Shown here one piece after another: positions 44,549 to 55,617 of a DNA stretch of 64,000 nucleotides. Source of the DNA: Escherichia coli. Lineage in GTDB: Bacteria; Pseudomonadota; Gammaproteobacteria; Enterobacterales; Enterobacteriaceae. The notes beneath the pieces were generated by a model that saw only the letters and a program-made list of their open reading frames with translations, was not told the DNA's origin and made no database searches. The number at the start of each line of letters is the position of its first letter. Position 1 is the first letter of the stretch. The translations under genes were made by a program, and so were the position numbers. Location: the NCBI RefSeq assembly GCF_011045215.1, contig NZ_CP049201.1. One strand, 5' to 3'.

Positions 44549-45244
44549 ATGCTGAAGCGTTTCTTTATTACCGGTACAGACACTTCTGTAGGGAAAACGG
44601 TGGTTTCCCGCGCATTGCTACAAGCGTTAGCCTCCCAGGGAAAAACGGTTGCGGGATATAAACCCGTAGCGAAGGGGAGCAAAGAGACACCCGAAGGGCT
44701 GCGTAATAAAGATGCCCTGGTGTTGCAGAGTGTTTCAACCATCGAACTGCCTTATGAAGCAGTTAATCCTATCGCGTTAAGCGAAGAAGAAAGTAGCGTG
44801 GCGCACAGTTGCCCAATCAATTACACCCTCATTTCAAACGGCCTGGCAAACCTGACCGAAAAAGTCGATCATGTCGTGGTAGAAGGGACTGGCGGCTGGC
44901 GCAGTCTGATGAATGATTTGCGTCCACTCTCTGAATGGGTGGTGCAGGAACAACTGCCGGTGTTGATGGTTGTCGGTATTCAGGAAGGTTGCATTAACCA
45001 TGCACTGCTAACAGCTCAGGCGATTGCCAACGACGGGCTGCCGCTCATTGGCTGGGTGGCTAACCGAATCAACCCAGGACTGGCGCATTATGCGGAAATC
45101 ATTGATGTGCTCGGTAAAAAACTTCCGGCACCGCTCATTGGTGAACTGCCTTATCTGCCGCGCGCCGAACAGCGTGAACTGGGGCAATACATCCGCTTAG
45201 CTATGCTGCGCAGTGTGCTGGCGGTAGATAGAGTCACGGTGTAA
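44549..45244 (+). CDS. ynfK: YnfK, dethiobiotin synthetase paralog (BioD2)
   Basis: ORF 44537-45244; start taken at [25 protein letters not shown]... (P-loop GTDTSVGKT) giving 231 aa. Confidence 0.85.
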
Positions 45245-46453
45245 CATCCGCGAGATTACCGACGCAATTACGCAGGCAATCAATAAACCGGGGAGTAGCT
45301 GATACTCCCCGGTCATTTCACATATCATCAACGTCGACATAATCGGTGCGTGCGTGGTTGCCGCCAACAGTGTCGCCATCCCGGTCAATCCGAGTAAAAG
45401 CGTAATTTCTTCGCCGTCAGGGAACCATAATCCCAGGCTACGACCATACAACATGCCAATGGCAAGACCGATAAATAGCGTCGGTGTAAAGACACCACCG
45501 GGCGCGCCGGAACCGCTACTCGCCAGCACGGCACACAGTTTACAAAGGAAGATCCCGGCAATGATCATTAACAGTGGCGGGGCGGTTAAAAAGGATTGTA
45601 CGGTGCTATAGCCGTTGCCCCACACTGCAGGTGTGAACAGGGAAAGCAGACCCACGATCAACCCGCCTAGTGCCAGTTGCCAGGGCGGTGCAAGTTTGAG
45701 ACTCACAAATCCACGATGACAGGCGTTCATTAACGTTAACAACAGTGGTCCGCACAGACCTGCCAGCACACCTGTACTGATAATCAGCGCATAGTCACGA
45801 GCCTGAACCGTCACTGAGAGTTGTACGCTGTAGAGTAACGCGTCGCTATGATTAATCAGATTGCTAACCAGCAATGCCACGACGGCGGAAATAATCACCG
45901 GGCCGAGAGAGGCCAACATCATAGTGCCAAACAGCACTTCGGCTATAAATAAACTGCCAGCAAGCGGGGCACGATAGGCCGCAGCCATTCCCGCCGCGGC
46001 CCCACAGGCGATCCATAATTTCCACTCCTGGCGTGGCGTAAAACGTTGGGCAAAACAGGAGGCGGCAAGGACAGCTAAAAGAATCATCGCACCTTCGCGA
46101 CCAATTGCACTGCCGCTGGTTACTACCAGCAGAGAGGCAAGCGATTTAACCAGGCTTGCTGCGTAATCAAACTGACCCTCGGTTTGCAACGCTTCCATAT
46201 AATCGGTCGGCGCATGAGGGCGTTGCTGGGTAAATTTCTGCCAGCCCATCAGCAACAAACCCGCCGCCAGTCCGCCGAGCGCCGGAGTTAGCAGCCGTCG
46301 CCAGGGGGAAAGGTTTGTCGCTGCATTGACCAGACTGCCGGAGTCATTATTGAGGAACAACCACTCCAGTAGCAGCATCGTATGACGAAACCCGGCAACG
46401 GCAAAGGCCGCGAGAATACCGACGACTGTTGCGATAAGCAGACGGCGGAACAT
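45197..46453 (-). CDS. clcB: ClcB (YnfJ), CLC-family voltage-gated chloride channel/transporter
   Basis: ORF 45197-46513; start taken at [24 protein letters not shown]... giving 418 aa; GREGA-type CLC selectivity motif (GREGAMIL). Confidence 0.9.
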   Translation of the reverse strand: MFRRLLIATVVGILAAFAVAGFRHTMLLLEWLFLNNDSGSLVNAATNLSPWRRLLTPALGGLAAGLLLMGWQKFTQQRPHAPTDYMEALQTEGQFDYAASLVKSLASLLVVTSGSAIGREGAMILLAVLAASCFAQRFTPRQEWKLWIACGAAAGMAAAYRAPLAGSLFIAEVLFGTMMLASLGPVIISAVVALLVSNLINHSDALLYSVQLSVTVQARDYALIISTGVLAGLCGPLLLTLMNACHRGFVSLKLAPPWQLALGGLIVGLLSLFTPAVWGNGYSTVQSFLTAPPLLMIIAGIFLCKLCAVLASSGSGAPGGVFTPTLFIGLAIGMLYGRSLGLWFPDGEEITLLLGLTGMATLLAATTHAPIMSTLMICEMTGEYQLLPGLLIACVIASVISRMLHRDSIYRQHTAQHS

Positions 46454-46646
46454 AGTGCGCAGATCCGGATAGGTGTGTAGATGATGCATGAGCAGAAATG
46501 GGCAATGAAACACGGGCGACTATTTTGCGGCAAAAGAGGCCAGCTGCAAAAGCAGTGCGTGCTTTAAGAGATAAAAAACGTGACACTGTAACCTATTATT
46601 GCCGAATTGCGCGTAATCGCCACTATCCGGCAATATTACGGTGATC

Positions 46647-47261
46647 CTATCGAAAGAGTGGTTTAACCGCGACAGGAATCAACAGTTGTGATTGCCATTG
46701 CGCCAGCGTTAAGCGAGCCAGTTCACCCAGTGCACGGTAGAAAGGGTGTTCTGCTTTTTCGATAAAAACGTCAAGAAAACGTGTTGACCACGGAAAAAGG
46801 TGCCATGCCAGCAATTCTTCGCATTCTGTCTGGCGACCATTCTCCGCCAACCACGCAGCCATCAACAGCAGTGAACCAAAATGATCTTCCGGTTCGTTTT
46901 GCTTCATTTCAAACTGAATGCCTTTCTCGCGCATCCACTGACGAAGTGCCAATGTTGAATCGCCAAACAGCACAGATTCGCGATCCAGCCAGACCGATCC
47001 CCACGGCGGAGACGGCAGTGCCCACGGGCCGACAAACAAACGCTGCCAGGCCTGGGCGTGAGTCTCTTCACACTGTGTCTGAAAAGCCGTCACCAGCGGC
47101 GCTAATGACGCTTCTGGTAGAGGCCACTGAGTTTCCCAGCCGTCACGGGTGAGTACCGCAACCAGAGGTGCGGCTTCCGCACTCTCTGGAGCGTAATAAA
47201 ACAGCGCGCCCAACACGCGCGCCGCGACAGAAAAATTATCTTGCTGTGAAAAATGGGTCAT
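46647..47261 (-). CDS. dmsD: DmsD, Tat proofreading chaperone for DMSO-reductase-family enzymes
   Basis: ORF 46647-47270; start taken at MTHFSQQDNFSVAARVLGALFYYAPESAEAAPL... giving 204 aa. Confidence 0.9.
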   Translation of the reverse strand: MTHFSQQDNFSVAARVLGALFYYAPESAEAAPLVAVLTRDGWETQWPLPEASLAPLVTAFQTQCEETHAQAWQRLFVGPWALPSPPWGSVWLDRESVLFGDSTLALRQWMREKGIQFEMKQNEPEDHFGSLLLMAAWLAENGRQTECEELLAWHLFPWSTRFLDVFIEKAEHPFYRALGELARLTLAQWQSQLLIPVAVKPLFR

Positions 47262-47303
47262 TCCTAACATCCTGAAATGTGCGGGTTGCCCCGCACCAAT
47301 TTG

Positions 47304-48158
47304 TTAACCTGCAATAGCCACTCCTACCGTCATGTGCAGGCCATAAAAGAGCACACGCCCGATCATCTCACCGCCAAGAATGAGGATTAACCCCAGAATA
47401 AGTCCGGCAACGTGAGGTTCACGGCGACGTATGAGCGGACAAAGCCAGCATCCTAGACCTGCACATAACAATACCACACGCCAGACCTGTAAGGAGGCGT
47501 AATCTGGTACCAGTGCGCTGGCTTGTTGCACGGATGAGTGAATAGACGACAGAGACAAACCTTGCAGCACAATCACCCCGGCACAAGCGATCAGCGCCAG
47601 AACGCTAATGATGGCAAATGGTGTGGTATTAAATGTAACGCGGGCTGCCCGCAGAATTGCGGCAGCAAGTATTGGACCACTCAACAATACCGTCAGGAAG
47701 AAAGCCAGCGTAGTGTAACCGTTATGCCAGGTTGGCACAGTGTCGATTTGATACACGCAGGTCATCATCCAGACGAAAATGACGCCGAGCGCCATGCTGA
47801 CAAGTAACCAGAGTTTCCCCAACGCTTGCGGCATTTTACCGATGACCGCCACCAGCCACCATAGTCCGCCAACGGCAAAAAATATGGAACCGGCAGCAAT
47901 CTCGTTACTCAGACCAGAAGCTCCGATTCGATTCAGCGAGTTAAACGCCCGCAGTGGCGATCCCAGGTGCATGACAGAGGCAATAAACCCGATGCCCATC
48001 AACAGCCAGAGGAAAAACATGCCACGAACAATGTGCTGACGGTCTGCGTCATTTTTGGCGGCGAACCAGCCAATTCCGCTAACAATCAGCGCGCCTACTA
48101 CGCATTGACCCAATACGGTAAAGATAACCAGTGGCCATTCATGCCATCCATTTCCCAT
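47304..48158 (-). CDS. ynfH: YnfH, DmsC-like membrane anchor subunit
   Basis: ORF 47304-48398 is upstream-extended; start taken at MGNGWHEWPLVIFTVLGQCVVGALIV... giving 284 aa. Confidence 0.9.
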   Translation of the reverse strand: MGNGWHEWPLVIFTVLGQCVVGALIVSGIGWFAAKNDADRQHIVRGMFFLWLLMGIGFIASVMHLGSPLRAFNSLNRIGASGLSNEIAAGSIFFAVGGLWWLVAVIGKMPQALGKLWLLVSMALGVIFVWMMTCVYQIDTVPTWHNGYTTLAFFLTVLLSGPILAAAILRAARVTFNTTPFAIISVLALIACAGVIVLQGLSLSSIHSSVQQASALVPDYASLQVWRVVLLCAGLGCWLCPLIRRREPHVAGLILGLILILGGEMIGRVLFYGLHMTVGVAIAG

Positions 48159-48159
48159 T

Positions 48160-48777
48160 TTACACTTCCTCCGGATTAGCCAGATAACCAGTGGTATCGC
48201 CGGTCGGGCGGCTGTTGGCGTTAGGTTTGATAACGATATTGGGTTTTGTGAAATGCGCGCGCGGCAGTGGCGCGACGGCAGCCAGAGTGCCGTGCTTCTG
48301 GCGCAGCTCTTCAATTGGACCGAACTCAAGTGCACGCAGCGGGCAGGATTCGACGCATATGGGTTGTTTCCCCTCGGCGACGCGCGAATAACAACCATCG
48401 CACTTCGTCATGTGCCCTTTTTCAGCATTGTACTGTGGCGCGCCGTACGGACAAGCCATGTGGCAGTAGCGGCAGCCGATACAAACATCTTCATCAACCA
48501 CCACAAAGCCATCTTCACGCTTATGCATTGCGCCGCTGGGGCAGACTTTTGTACATGCGGGGTCATCGCAATGGTTACAGGAGATGGAGAGATAATAAGC
48601 GAACACGTTCTGGTGCCAGACGCCATTATCTTCCTGCCAGTCGCCGCCAGCATATTCATAAATACGGCGGAAACTGACTTCCGGGCCAAGATCTTTAAAA
48701 TCTTTGCACGCCAGTTCGCAGGTTTTACAGCCAGTGCAGCGGCTGGAATCGATAAAAAATCCATATTGTGTGGTCAT
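48160..48777 (-). CDS. ynfG: YnfG, DmsB-like 4Fe-4S ferredoxin subunit
   Basis: 205-aa ORF MTTQYGFFIDSSRCTGCKTCELACKDFKDLGPEVSFRRI... with four Cys clusters. Confidence 0.9.
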   Translation of the reverse strand: MTTQYGFFIDSSRCTGCKTCELACKDFKDLGPEVSFRRIYEYAGGDWQEDNGVWHQNVFAYYLSISCNHCDDPACTKVCPSGAMHKREDGFVVVDEDVCIGCRYCHMACPYGAPQYNAEKGHMTKCDGCYSRVAEGKQPICVESCPLRALEFGPIEELRQKHGTLAAVAPLPRAHFTKPNIVIKPNANSRPTGDTTGYLANPEEV

Positions 48778-48787
48778 GGGCTACTCC

Positions 48788-51214
48788 TTAAACCTTTTCG
48801 ATCTGGACAAGATTGCTGTGCGACGGGTTTCCCTTTGCCAGCGGTGAAGGGCGGTGAGAGGTCAGAATATTAATACTGCCGCCGTGATCGACCCGGTCAC
48901 CAAACATATCCGCTTTAAGCCACGCACCTTGCCCGATGGCGGTAACGCCAGGCAGAATACGCGGAGTCACTTTTGCGGCAATCAGCATTTCTCCATTATT
49001 GTTAAATACCCGCACGGTATCGCCATGACGGATACCGCGAGCCTGAGCATCAATGGGGTTGATCCACACCTCTTGTGGGCAGGCCTGCTGTAACACATCA
49101 ATATTGCCGTAGCTGGAGTGGGTACGCGCTTTGTAGTGGAAGCCCGTTAACTGCAGTGGATAGGTTTTCCGCAGGGGATCGTCCCAGCCATCAAAACCTG
49201 GGGTATACGCAGGAAGGGGATGAATAATTTCATCTTTTTTCAATTCCCAGGTATCTGCAATCTTCGCCAGTCGTTCAGAATAAATTTCGATTTTCCCCGA
49301 AGGTGTTTTCAACGGGTTTGCCTGTGGATCTTCACGGAATGCGCGGAAAGCGACGTAGTGTTCTTCCGGGCATTTTTTCTTAAAGATCCCGGTCGTTTTC
49401 ATCTCCTCGTAGTCGGGCATCTCAGGGTTACGTTCCTTCGTTTTCGCATGGAGATATTTGATCCATTCATGCTGACTGCGACCTTCAGTAAAGGTTTGAT
49501 AAACGTCCGGTCCTAAGCGGTTGGCGACTTCACTCAGCATCCAGTAGATGGGTTTGCGTTCAAATTTTGCTGAGGTTGCGGGTTGGGCGAGGATCACATA
49601 GCCCATATTCCCTGCAGATTCATGAGAGATAAGGTCTTCTTGCTCTGTTGGCATCAGGTCGGGCAACAGGATATCGCAATACTTAGCCGAGGCCGTCATG
49701 AAGTGGTCAATGCCAACAATCATCTCGCACTTGCTGTCATCCTGAAGCACCTCATGGGTGTGATTGATGTCGCCATGTTGATTGATCAATGTGTTACTGG
49801 CGTAGCACCATAAAAACTTGATGGGGACATCCAGTTTTTCTTTTCCACGAACACCATCACGGGTCGCGGTCATTTCCGTACCATGGTCGATGGCATCTGT
49901 CCATGTAAAGACGGAAATCTGCGTTTTAACAGGATTCTCGAGCATCGGGAACCATTCTACCCCCAGATCCCAGCTACCTTCGCGTACGCCTGAGTTGCCG
50001 CCGTTTATGCCGACGTTACCGGTGAGAACGGAAAGCATGGCAATAGCGCGGGATGTTTGTTCGCCGTTGGAGTGTCGTTGTGGCCCCCAACCCTGACAAA
50101 TATAAGCAGGTTTTGCTGAACCGATCTCTCGTGCCAACTGGATAATTTTTTCTGCCGGGATGCTGGTGATTTTTGCTGCCCATTCCGGCGTTTTAGCTAT
50201 GCCGTCAGGCCCTTCGCCCAGAATATAGGCTTTATAATGCGCGTTACGTGGTGCGTTGGCGGGAAGCGTTTTTTCATCGTAACCAACACAATATTTGTCG
50301 AGAAATGGCTGATCGACCATGTTTTCAGTAATCAGTACCCAGGCAATCGCACAGGCCAGTGCGCCATCGGTGCCAGGGCGAATGGGCAGCCATTCATCTT
50401 CACGTCCGGCAGCTGTGTCGTTATAACGTGGATCGATGACGATCATGCGTGCGTTTGAACGTTCGCGGGCTTGCTCGACGTAGTAAGTGACACCACCACC
50501 GCTCATCCGCGTTTCTGCCGGGTTATTTCCGAACATAACGACCAGTTTCGTATTGGCGATATCATCCGGGCTGTTGCCATCATTGGCACCGAACATATAA
50601 CTCATTGCGGCACTGATCTGTGCGGTACTGTAGCTGCCATAGCGACTGAGAAAACCACCGCAAGAGTTCATCAGACGGTACGGGACGTTTGAGTTGGTGA
50701 TGTTTCCGCCATCTACACCTGTTCCGTACAGGACATGTACAGCCTCATTGCCGTAATCTTTTAGGATCTGCCGAAGATTATCACTGATGGTATCCAGGGC
50801 TTCGTCCCAACTTATCCGTTCAAATTTACCTTCACCGCGCTTGCCGACGCGCTTCATGGGATATTTCAACCTATCAGGATGATTCATCCGTCGGCGGATA
50901 GAGCGCCCGCGTAAACACGCTCGAACCTGATGATTACCGTAGACGTCGTCACCTGTCGTATCAGACTCCACCCAGTACACGGTGTCATCTTTCACATGCA
51001 AACGTAACAGACAGCGGCTCCCGCAGTTAACGGTGCAGGAACTCCAGACCGCTTTCTCTTCTACCGGAGCCTCTGCCGCCCGGACCATTTGGGAAAATGG
51101 CAGAGTGAAAGCACTGCTTGCCAGCGCAAGACTGCCAAGTGCGGAGGTTTTCATCAGACTTCTACGGCTGATTTCAGCCTTCATGAGCGCCTCTGTGGTA
51201 TGGATTTTCATCAT
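48788..51214 (-). CDS. ynfF: YnfF, DMSO-reductase-family molybdopterin oxidoreductase catalytic subunit (Tat-exported)
   Basis: 808-aa ORF; twin-arginine signal (SRRSLMKTSALGSLALASSAFTLPFSQMVRA); paralog of ynfE/DmsA. True start may be the second Met. Confidence 0.9.
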   Translation of the reverse strand: MMKIHTTEALMKAEISRRSLMKTSALGSLALASSAFTLPFSQMVRAAEAPVEEKAVWSSCTVNCGSRCLLRLHVKDDTVYWVESDTTGDDVYGNHQVRACLRGRSIRRRMNHPDRLKYPMKRVGKRGEGKFERISWDEALDTISDNLRQILKDYGNEAVHVLYGTGVDGGNITNSNVPYRLMNSCGGFLSRYGSYSTAQISAAMSYMFGANDGNSPDDIANTKLVVMFGNNPAETRMSGGGVTYYVEQARERSNARMIVIDPRYNDTAAGREDEWLPIRPGTDGALACAIAWVLITENMVDQPFLDKYCVGYDEKTLPANAPRNAHYKAYILGEGPDGIAKTPEWAAKITSIPAEKIIQLAREIGSAKPAYICQGWGPQRHSNGEQTSRAIAMLSVLTGNVGINGGNSGVREGSWDLGVEWFPMLENPVKTQISVFTWTDAIDHGTEMTATRDGVRGKEKLDVPIKFLWCYASNTLINQHGDINHTHEVLQDDSKCEMIVGIDHFMTASAKYCDILLPDLMPTEQEDLISHESAGNMGYVILAQPATSAKFERKPIYWMLSEVANRLGPDVYQTFTEGRSQHEWIKYLHAKTKERNPEMPDYEEMKTTGIFKKKCPEEHYVAFRAFREDPQANPLKTPSGKIEIYSERLAKIADTWELKKDEIIHPLPAYTPGFDGWDDPLRKTYPLQLTGFHYKARTHSSYGNIDVLQQACPQEVWINPIDAQARGIRHGDTVRVFNNNGEMLIAAKVTPRILPGVTAIGQGAWLKADMFGDRVDHGGSINILTSHRPSPLAKGNPSHSNLVQIEKV

Positions 51215-51271
51215 TACTCACTTATTGCTTTTCAAACAAAATGTCATGCCAGAATTTATGTTTGTAGTGGG

Positions 51272-53698
51272 TTATATTTTTTCGATCTCGACCAGATTAG
51301 TGTGCTGCGGGTTTCCCTTCGCCAGTGGTGAAGGGCGCAGAGTGGTTAGCGTATTCACACAGCCTCCATGGTCGATTTTATCGCCAGACATATCGGCCTC
51401 GTGCCAGGCTCCCTGGCCCATAGCGCTAACTCCAGGGAGAATACGTGGTGTCACTTTGGCTGGTAGCCGAACTTCGCCACGATGGTTAAACACCCGCACC
51501 ATATCGCCGTTGGCAATCCCACGTTTCTGCGCATCTATAGGGTTGATCCACACCTCCTGACGGCAGGCAGCCTTCAGGAGATCAATATTGCCGTAGGTCG
51601 AGTGAGTACGGGATTTGTAATGGAAACCAAACAGTTGCAGTGGGAAGGTTCTACGTTCAGGGGAGTCCCAGCCTTCAAAGGTTGAGGCATAAACTGGCAG
51701 TGGGCTTATCACTTCATCTTTTTCCAGTTCCCAGGTACGGGCAATTTCCGCCAGCCTGCTGGAATAAATTTCAATCTTACCGGAAGGCGTTTTAAGTGGA
51801 TTTGCCTCGGGGTCGTCACGAAATGCTTTGTAGGCGACAAAATGACCATTGGGATCTTTACGCTTATAGATACCCATTTTTTTCAGTTCGTCGTAAGACG
51901 GTAACGCCGGATCTTTGGCAAGCATTTTGGCGTACAGATGTTGTAACCATTGTTCCTGCGTGCGACCTTCTGTGAACTTTTGATAGACGTCAGGTCCAAG
52001 ACGTTTCGCGACTTCACTCAGGATCCAGTAAATCGGTTTGCGTTCGAATTTTTCGCTGGTGACAGGCTGGAGGAAAATGAGATATCCCATGTTACCGGCG
52101 TAGTCGTTAGGAATAATATCTTCCTGCTCAACGGTCATCAGGTCTGGCAGCAGAATGTCGGCATATTTTGCCGATGAGGTCATAAAGTTTTCGATGACCA
52201 CAATCATTTCGCATTTCGATTCGTCTTGCAGAATTTCATGCGTTTTGTTGATGTCAGAATGCTGATTAACGAGGGTATTTCCCGCGTAGTTCCAGATGAA
52301 CTTAATGGGCACATCCAGTTTATCTTTGCCCCGGACGCCGTCGCGGATTGCCGTCATTTGCGGGCCATGATCGATAGCATCTGTCCAGCTGAAGCAGGAG
52401 ATTGACGTTTTGACCGGATTGTCCAGCACCGGCAGGCGTTCTATGGTAATGGTATAGGTCGATTCACGCGCGCCACTATTTCCGCCGCTGATGCCGACAT
52501 TGCCCGTCAGAATAGGCAACATAGCAATAGCGCGTGCGGTCAGCTCGCCGTTTGCCTGGCGTTGTGGCCCCCAGCCCTGGCAGATATAAGCGGGTTTTGC
52601 TGTGCCAATTTCACGCGCCAGTTTGATGATACGGTCCACCGGGATACCGGTAATTTGCGAAGCCCACTGCGGCGTTTTCGCTGTTTTATCGTCACCTTCA
52701 CCAAGAATATAGGCTTTATAGTGACCATTTTTGGGGGCATCTGCGGGTAAGGTTTTTTCGTCATAGCCGACGCAGTATTTATCGAGAAAAGGTTGATCAA
52801 CGAGATTTTCGTTAATCAATACCCAGGCAATACCCGCAACCAGCGCGGCATCGGTGCCCGGGCGAATAGGAAGCCATTCATCTTCACGACCAGCAGCCGT
52901 ATCGGTATATCGCGGATCGATAACAATCATTTTTGCGTTCGATTTTTCGCGCGCTTTTTCAAGAAGATAAGTGATGCCACCGCCGCTCATGCGGGTTTCT
53001 GCCGGGTTGTTACCAAACATCACGACCAGCTTGCTGTTTTCAATATCCGTGGTGCTGTTGCCATCATTACTGCCGTAGGTGTAGGGCATGGCACAGGAAA
53101 TTTGCGCGGTGCTGTAGGAGCCATACTGATTGAGTGAACCGCCGTAGCAGTTCATCAGGCGTTTGACCGCCGAGGCTGATGGCGAAGAGCGGGTCATATT
53201 GCCGCCAACGATCCCCGAAGAGTACTGAATATATACAGCCTCATTGCCATATTGTTCGACGGTTTTCTTCAGGCTACTGGCGATAGTATCCAGGGCTTCA
53301 TCCCAGCTAATCCGTTCGAATTTGCCTTCGCCGCGTTTGCCCGCGCGTTTCATTGGGTAATTCAAGCGATCGGGATGATTAATACGCCGGCGGATGGAGC
53401 GACCGCGCAAACAGGCGCGTACCTGATGGTTGCCGTACTCATCGCTGCCGGTATTGTCAGTTTCCACCCAGGTCACTTCATTATCTTTAACATGTAGACG
53501 AAGTGCACAGCGGCTACCACAGTTGACGGAACAGGCACCCCAGACCACTTTTTCGCTGGCCTGTTGTACCGCTGCCGCTGCACTGCGCAGGGTGAACGGT
53601 AAAGAAAAACCGCCTGCAGCCAGGGCCAGAGAACCTATCGCGGTAGATTTAACGAGTGTTCTGCGGCTGATGCCCACCATTTGTTCATTTTTGGACAT
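51272..53698 (-). CDS. ynfE: YnfE, DMSO-reductase-family molybdopterin oxidoreductase (putative selenate reductase, Tat-exported)
   Basis: 808-aa ORF; twin-arginine signal (SRRTLVKSTAIGSLALAAGGFSLPFTLRSAAA); tandem paralog of ynfF. Confidence 0.9.
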   Translation of the reverse strand: MSKNEQMVGISRRTLVKSTAIGSLALAAGGFSLPFTLRSAAAAVQQASEKVVWGACSVNCGSRCALRLHVKDNEVTWVETDNTGSDEYGNHQVRACLRGRSIRRRINHPDRLNYPMKRAGKRGEGKFERISWDEALDTIASSLKKTVEQYGNEAVYIQYSSGIVGGNMTRSSPSASAVKRLMNCYGGSLNQYGSYSTAQISCAMPYTYGSNDGNSTTDIENSKLVVMFGNNPAETRMSGGGITYLLEKAREKSNAKMIVIDPRYTDTAAGREDEWLPIRPGTDAALVAGIAWVLINENLVDQPFLDKYCVGYDEKTLPADAPKNGHYKAYILGEGDDKTAKTPQWASQITGIPVDRIIKLAREIGTAKPAYICQGWGPQRQANGELTARAIAMLPILTGNVGISGGNSGARESTYTITIERLPVLDNPVKTSISCFSWTDAIDHGPQMTAIRDGVRGKDKLDVPIKFIWNYAGNTLVNQHSDINKTHEILQDESKCEMIVVIENFMTSSAKYADILLPDLMTVEQEDIIPNDYAGNMGYLIFLQPVTSEKFERKPIYWILSEVAKRLGPDVYQKFTEGRTQEQWLQHLYAKMLAKDPALPSYDELKKMGIYKRKDPNGHFVAYKAFRDDPEANPLKTPSGKIEIYSSRLAEIARTWELEKDEVISPLPVYASTFEGWDSPERRTFPLQLFGFHYKSRTHSTYGNIDLLKAACRQEVWINPIDAQKRGIANGDMVRVFNHRGEVRLPAKVTPRILPGVSAMGQGAWHEADMSGDKIDHGGCVNTLTTLRPSPLAKGNPQHTNLVEIEKI

Positions 53699-53896
53699 AA
53701 CTCACTCCCTGTTCTTTATCGTTATATAAATGTTTATATATTGAATATTTAGCGCGCTAACAATAGAGGGAGTCTACCCATTTTGGGTTAAGAATTATTA
53801 ATCCACATCAATAGAAGGGTATGAGTAATATGGTGGGATTATGTTGTATGTTCAAATCGCCGGATGTGTCATATCCGGCGTTCAGTCGATAATGTG

Positions 53897-54202
53897 TTAC
53901 TGCGGTTCGGCAGGCGCGCCATCCTGGGTAGACTGCGCGGGAGCAGAGACGTTACCGCTGGTGGTGCGGGTGTAGAGAATTTTATGCGTATCATTAGCAC
54001 AATGCCCGACGACCTGGGAATCAGGCTGATCAACCTGGTCATTGGGTACAATACTTAACGTGAAGCTGCTTTCGGGTACGCCATTATTGATAATGCGCTG
54101 TGATATATCGCTCTGTATGCGCTCACAGGATCCCGGCGCGGCGAGTACCGTGGGTGAGGAGAGGGCGAGCAGAAGCGCGGCACAGCAGGCTGAGAGTTTC
54201 AT
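53897..54202 (-). CDS. ynfD: YnfD, DUF1161 secreted protein
   Basis: ORF 53897-54244; start taken at MKLSACCAALLLALSSPTVLA... (signal peptide); the adjacent Met at 54205 is an alternative start. Confidence 0.8.
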   Translation of the reverse strand: MKLSACCAALLLALSSPTVLAAPGSCERIQSDISQRIINNGVPESSFTLSIVPNDQVDQPDSQVVGHCANDTHKILYTRTTSGNVSAPAQSTQDGAPAEPQ

Positions 54203-54309
54203 CATAAGCTCCTTACGCGAAGATAACTTCTTTAAGCATAGCATTTAACGTGTAAAGTACTGTATTTGCTACTATGATTGAGAATCATCTCTACTCTCTG
54301 GTGACTGAT

Positions 54310-55020
54310 GTGAAATACAAATTACTGCCATGCTTACTCGCGATATTACTCACAGGATGTGACCGCACAGAGGTAACACTTTCATTTACTCCTGAGATGG
54401 CCAGTTTCTCTAATGAATTCGATTTTGATCCGCTGCGTGGTCCGGTAAAAGATTTCACTCAGACATTAATGGATGAGCAAGGTGAAGTGACGAAACGTGT
54501 TTCGGGGACTTTGTCGGAAGAAGGCTGTTTTGATTCACTCGAATTACTGGATCTGGAAAATAATACCGTGGTCGCTCTGGTACTGGACGCCAATTATTAC
54601 CGTGATGCCGAGACGCTGGAGAAGAGAGTACGTTTACAGGGAAAATGCCAGCTAGCGGAATTACCTTCCGCCGGGGTGAGTTGGGAAACCGATGATAATG
54701 GCTTCGTGATTAAAGCCAGCAGCAAACAGATGCAGATGGAATATCGCTATGATGATCAGGGGTATCCGCTGGGTAAAACCACGAAAAGTAACGACAAAAC
54801 ATTATCTGTCAGCGCCACGCCATCAACGGATCCGATCAAAAAATTAGATTACACAGCGGTTACTTTACTGAACAATCAACGGGTTGGTAATGTAAAACAG
54901 AGCTGTGAATATGACAGTCACGCCAATCCGGTGGACTGTCAGCTGATCATTGTTGATGAAGGAGTAAAACCCGCCGTCGAACGGGTTTACACCATCAAAA
55001 ATACAATCGATTATTATTAA
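54310..55020 (+). CDS. ynfC: YnfC, UPF0257 lipoprotein
   Basis: ORF 54274-55020; probable GTG start at 54310 giving (M)KYKLLPCLLAILLTGCDRTEV... with lipobox LTGC; 236 aa. Confidence 0.8.
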   Translation: MKYKLLPCLLAILLTGCDRTEVTLSFTPEMASFSNEFDFDPLRGPVKDFTQTLMDEQGEVTKRVSGTLSEEGCFDSLELLDLENNTVVALVLDANYYRDAETLEKRVRLQGKCQLAELPSAGVSWETDDNGFVIKASSKQMQMEYRYDDQGYPLGKTTKSNDKTLSVSATPSTDPIKKLDYTAVTLLNNQRVGNVKQSCEYDSHANPVDCQLIIVDEGVKPAVERVYTIKNTIDYY

Positions 55021-55022
55021 TG

Positions 55023-55583
55023 CTATTGTGCGGTCGGCTTCAGGAGAGTCTGACCCGGTGTTTTGTGCTCTGCCAGATACTGATGCTGGAATATACACAT
55101 GCGAATGGCATTACGATATTGACCATTAATAAAGAACTCATGCATCAATTCACCTTCAACCGTAAAGCCAAGCTTGCGGTAAATGTGAATCGCTTTTTCA
55201 TTCTCTTTATCGACGATCAGATACAGCTTATAGAGATTGAGAACGGTGAAGCCATAGTCCATTGCTAATTTGGCGGCACGGGTTGCCAGACCTTTCCCCT
55301 GATACTCCGGGGAGATAATTATCTGAAATTCTGCGCGGCGATGAACATGGTTAATTTCCACCAGCTCCACCAGACCGGCTTTTTCGCCGTCACATTCCAC
55401 CACAAAGCGCCGTTCGCTCTGATCGTGAATATGCTTATCATACAGATCAGAGAGTTCAACAAAGGCTTCGTAGGGTTCCTCAAACCAGTAACGCATCACA
55501 CTGGCGTTATTGTCGAGTTGATGTACATAGCGTAAATCTTCACGCTCCAGCGGGCGTAGCTTAACACTGTGGGCGCTTGGCAT
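55023..55583 (-). CDS. speG: Spermidine N1-acetyltransferase (GNAT)
   Basis: 186-aa [63 protein letters not shown]... Confidence 0.95.
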   Translation of the reverse strand: MPSAHSVKLRPLEREDLRYVHQLDNNASVMRYWFEEPYEAFVELSDLYDKHIHDQSERRFVVECDGEKAGLVELVEINHVHRRAEFQIIISPEYQGKGLATRAAKLAMDYGFTVLNLYKLYLIVDKENEKAIHIYRKLGFTVEGELMHEFFINGQYRNAIRMCIFQHQYLAEHKTPGQTLLKPTAQ

Positions 55584-55617
55584 AACGTGTCCTTACATTC
55601 CTTAAATCAATAACAGG

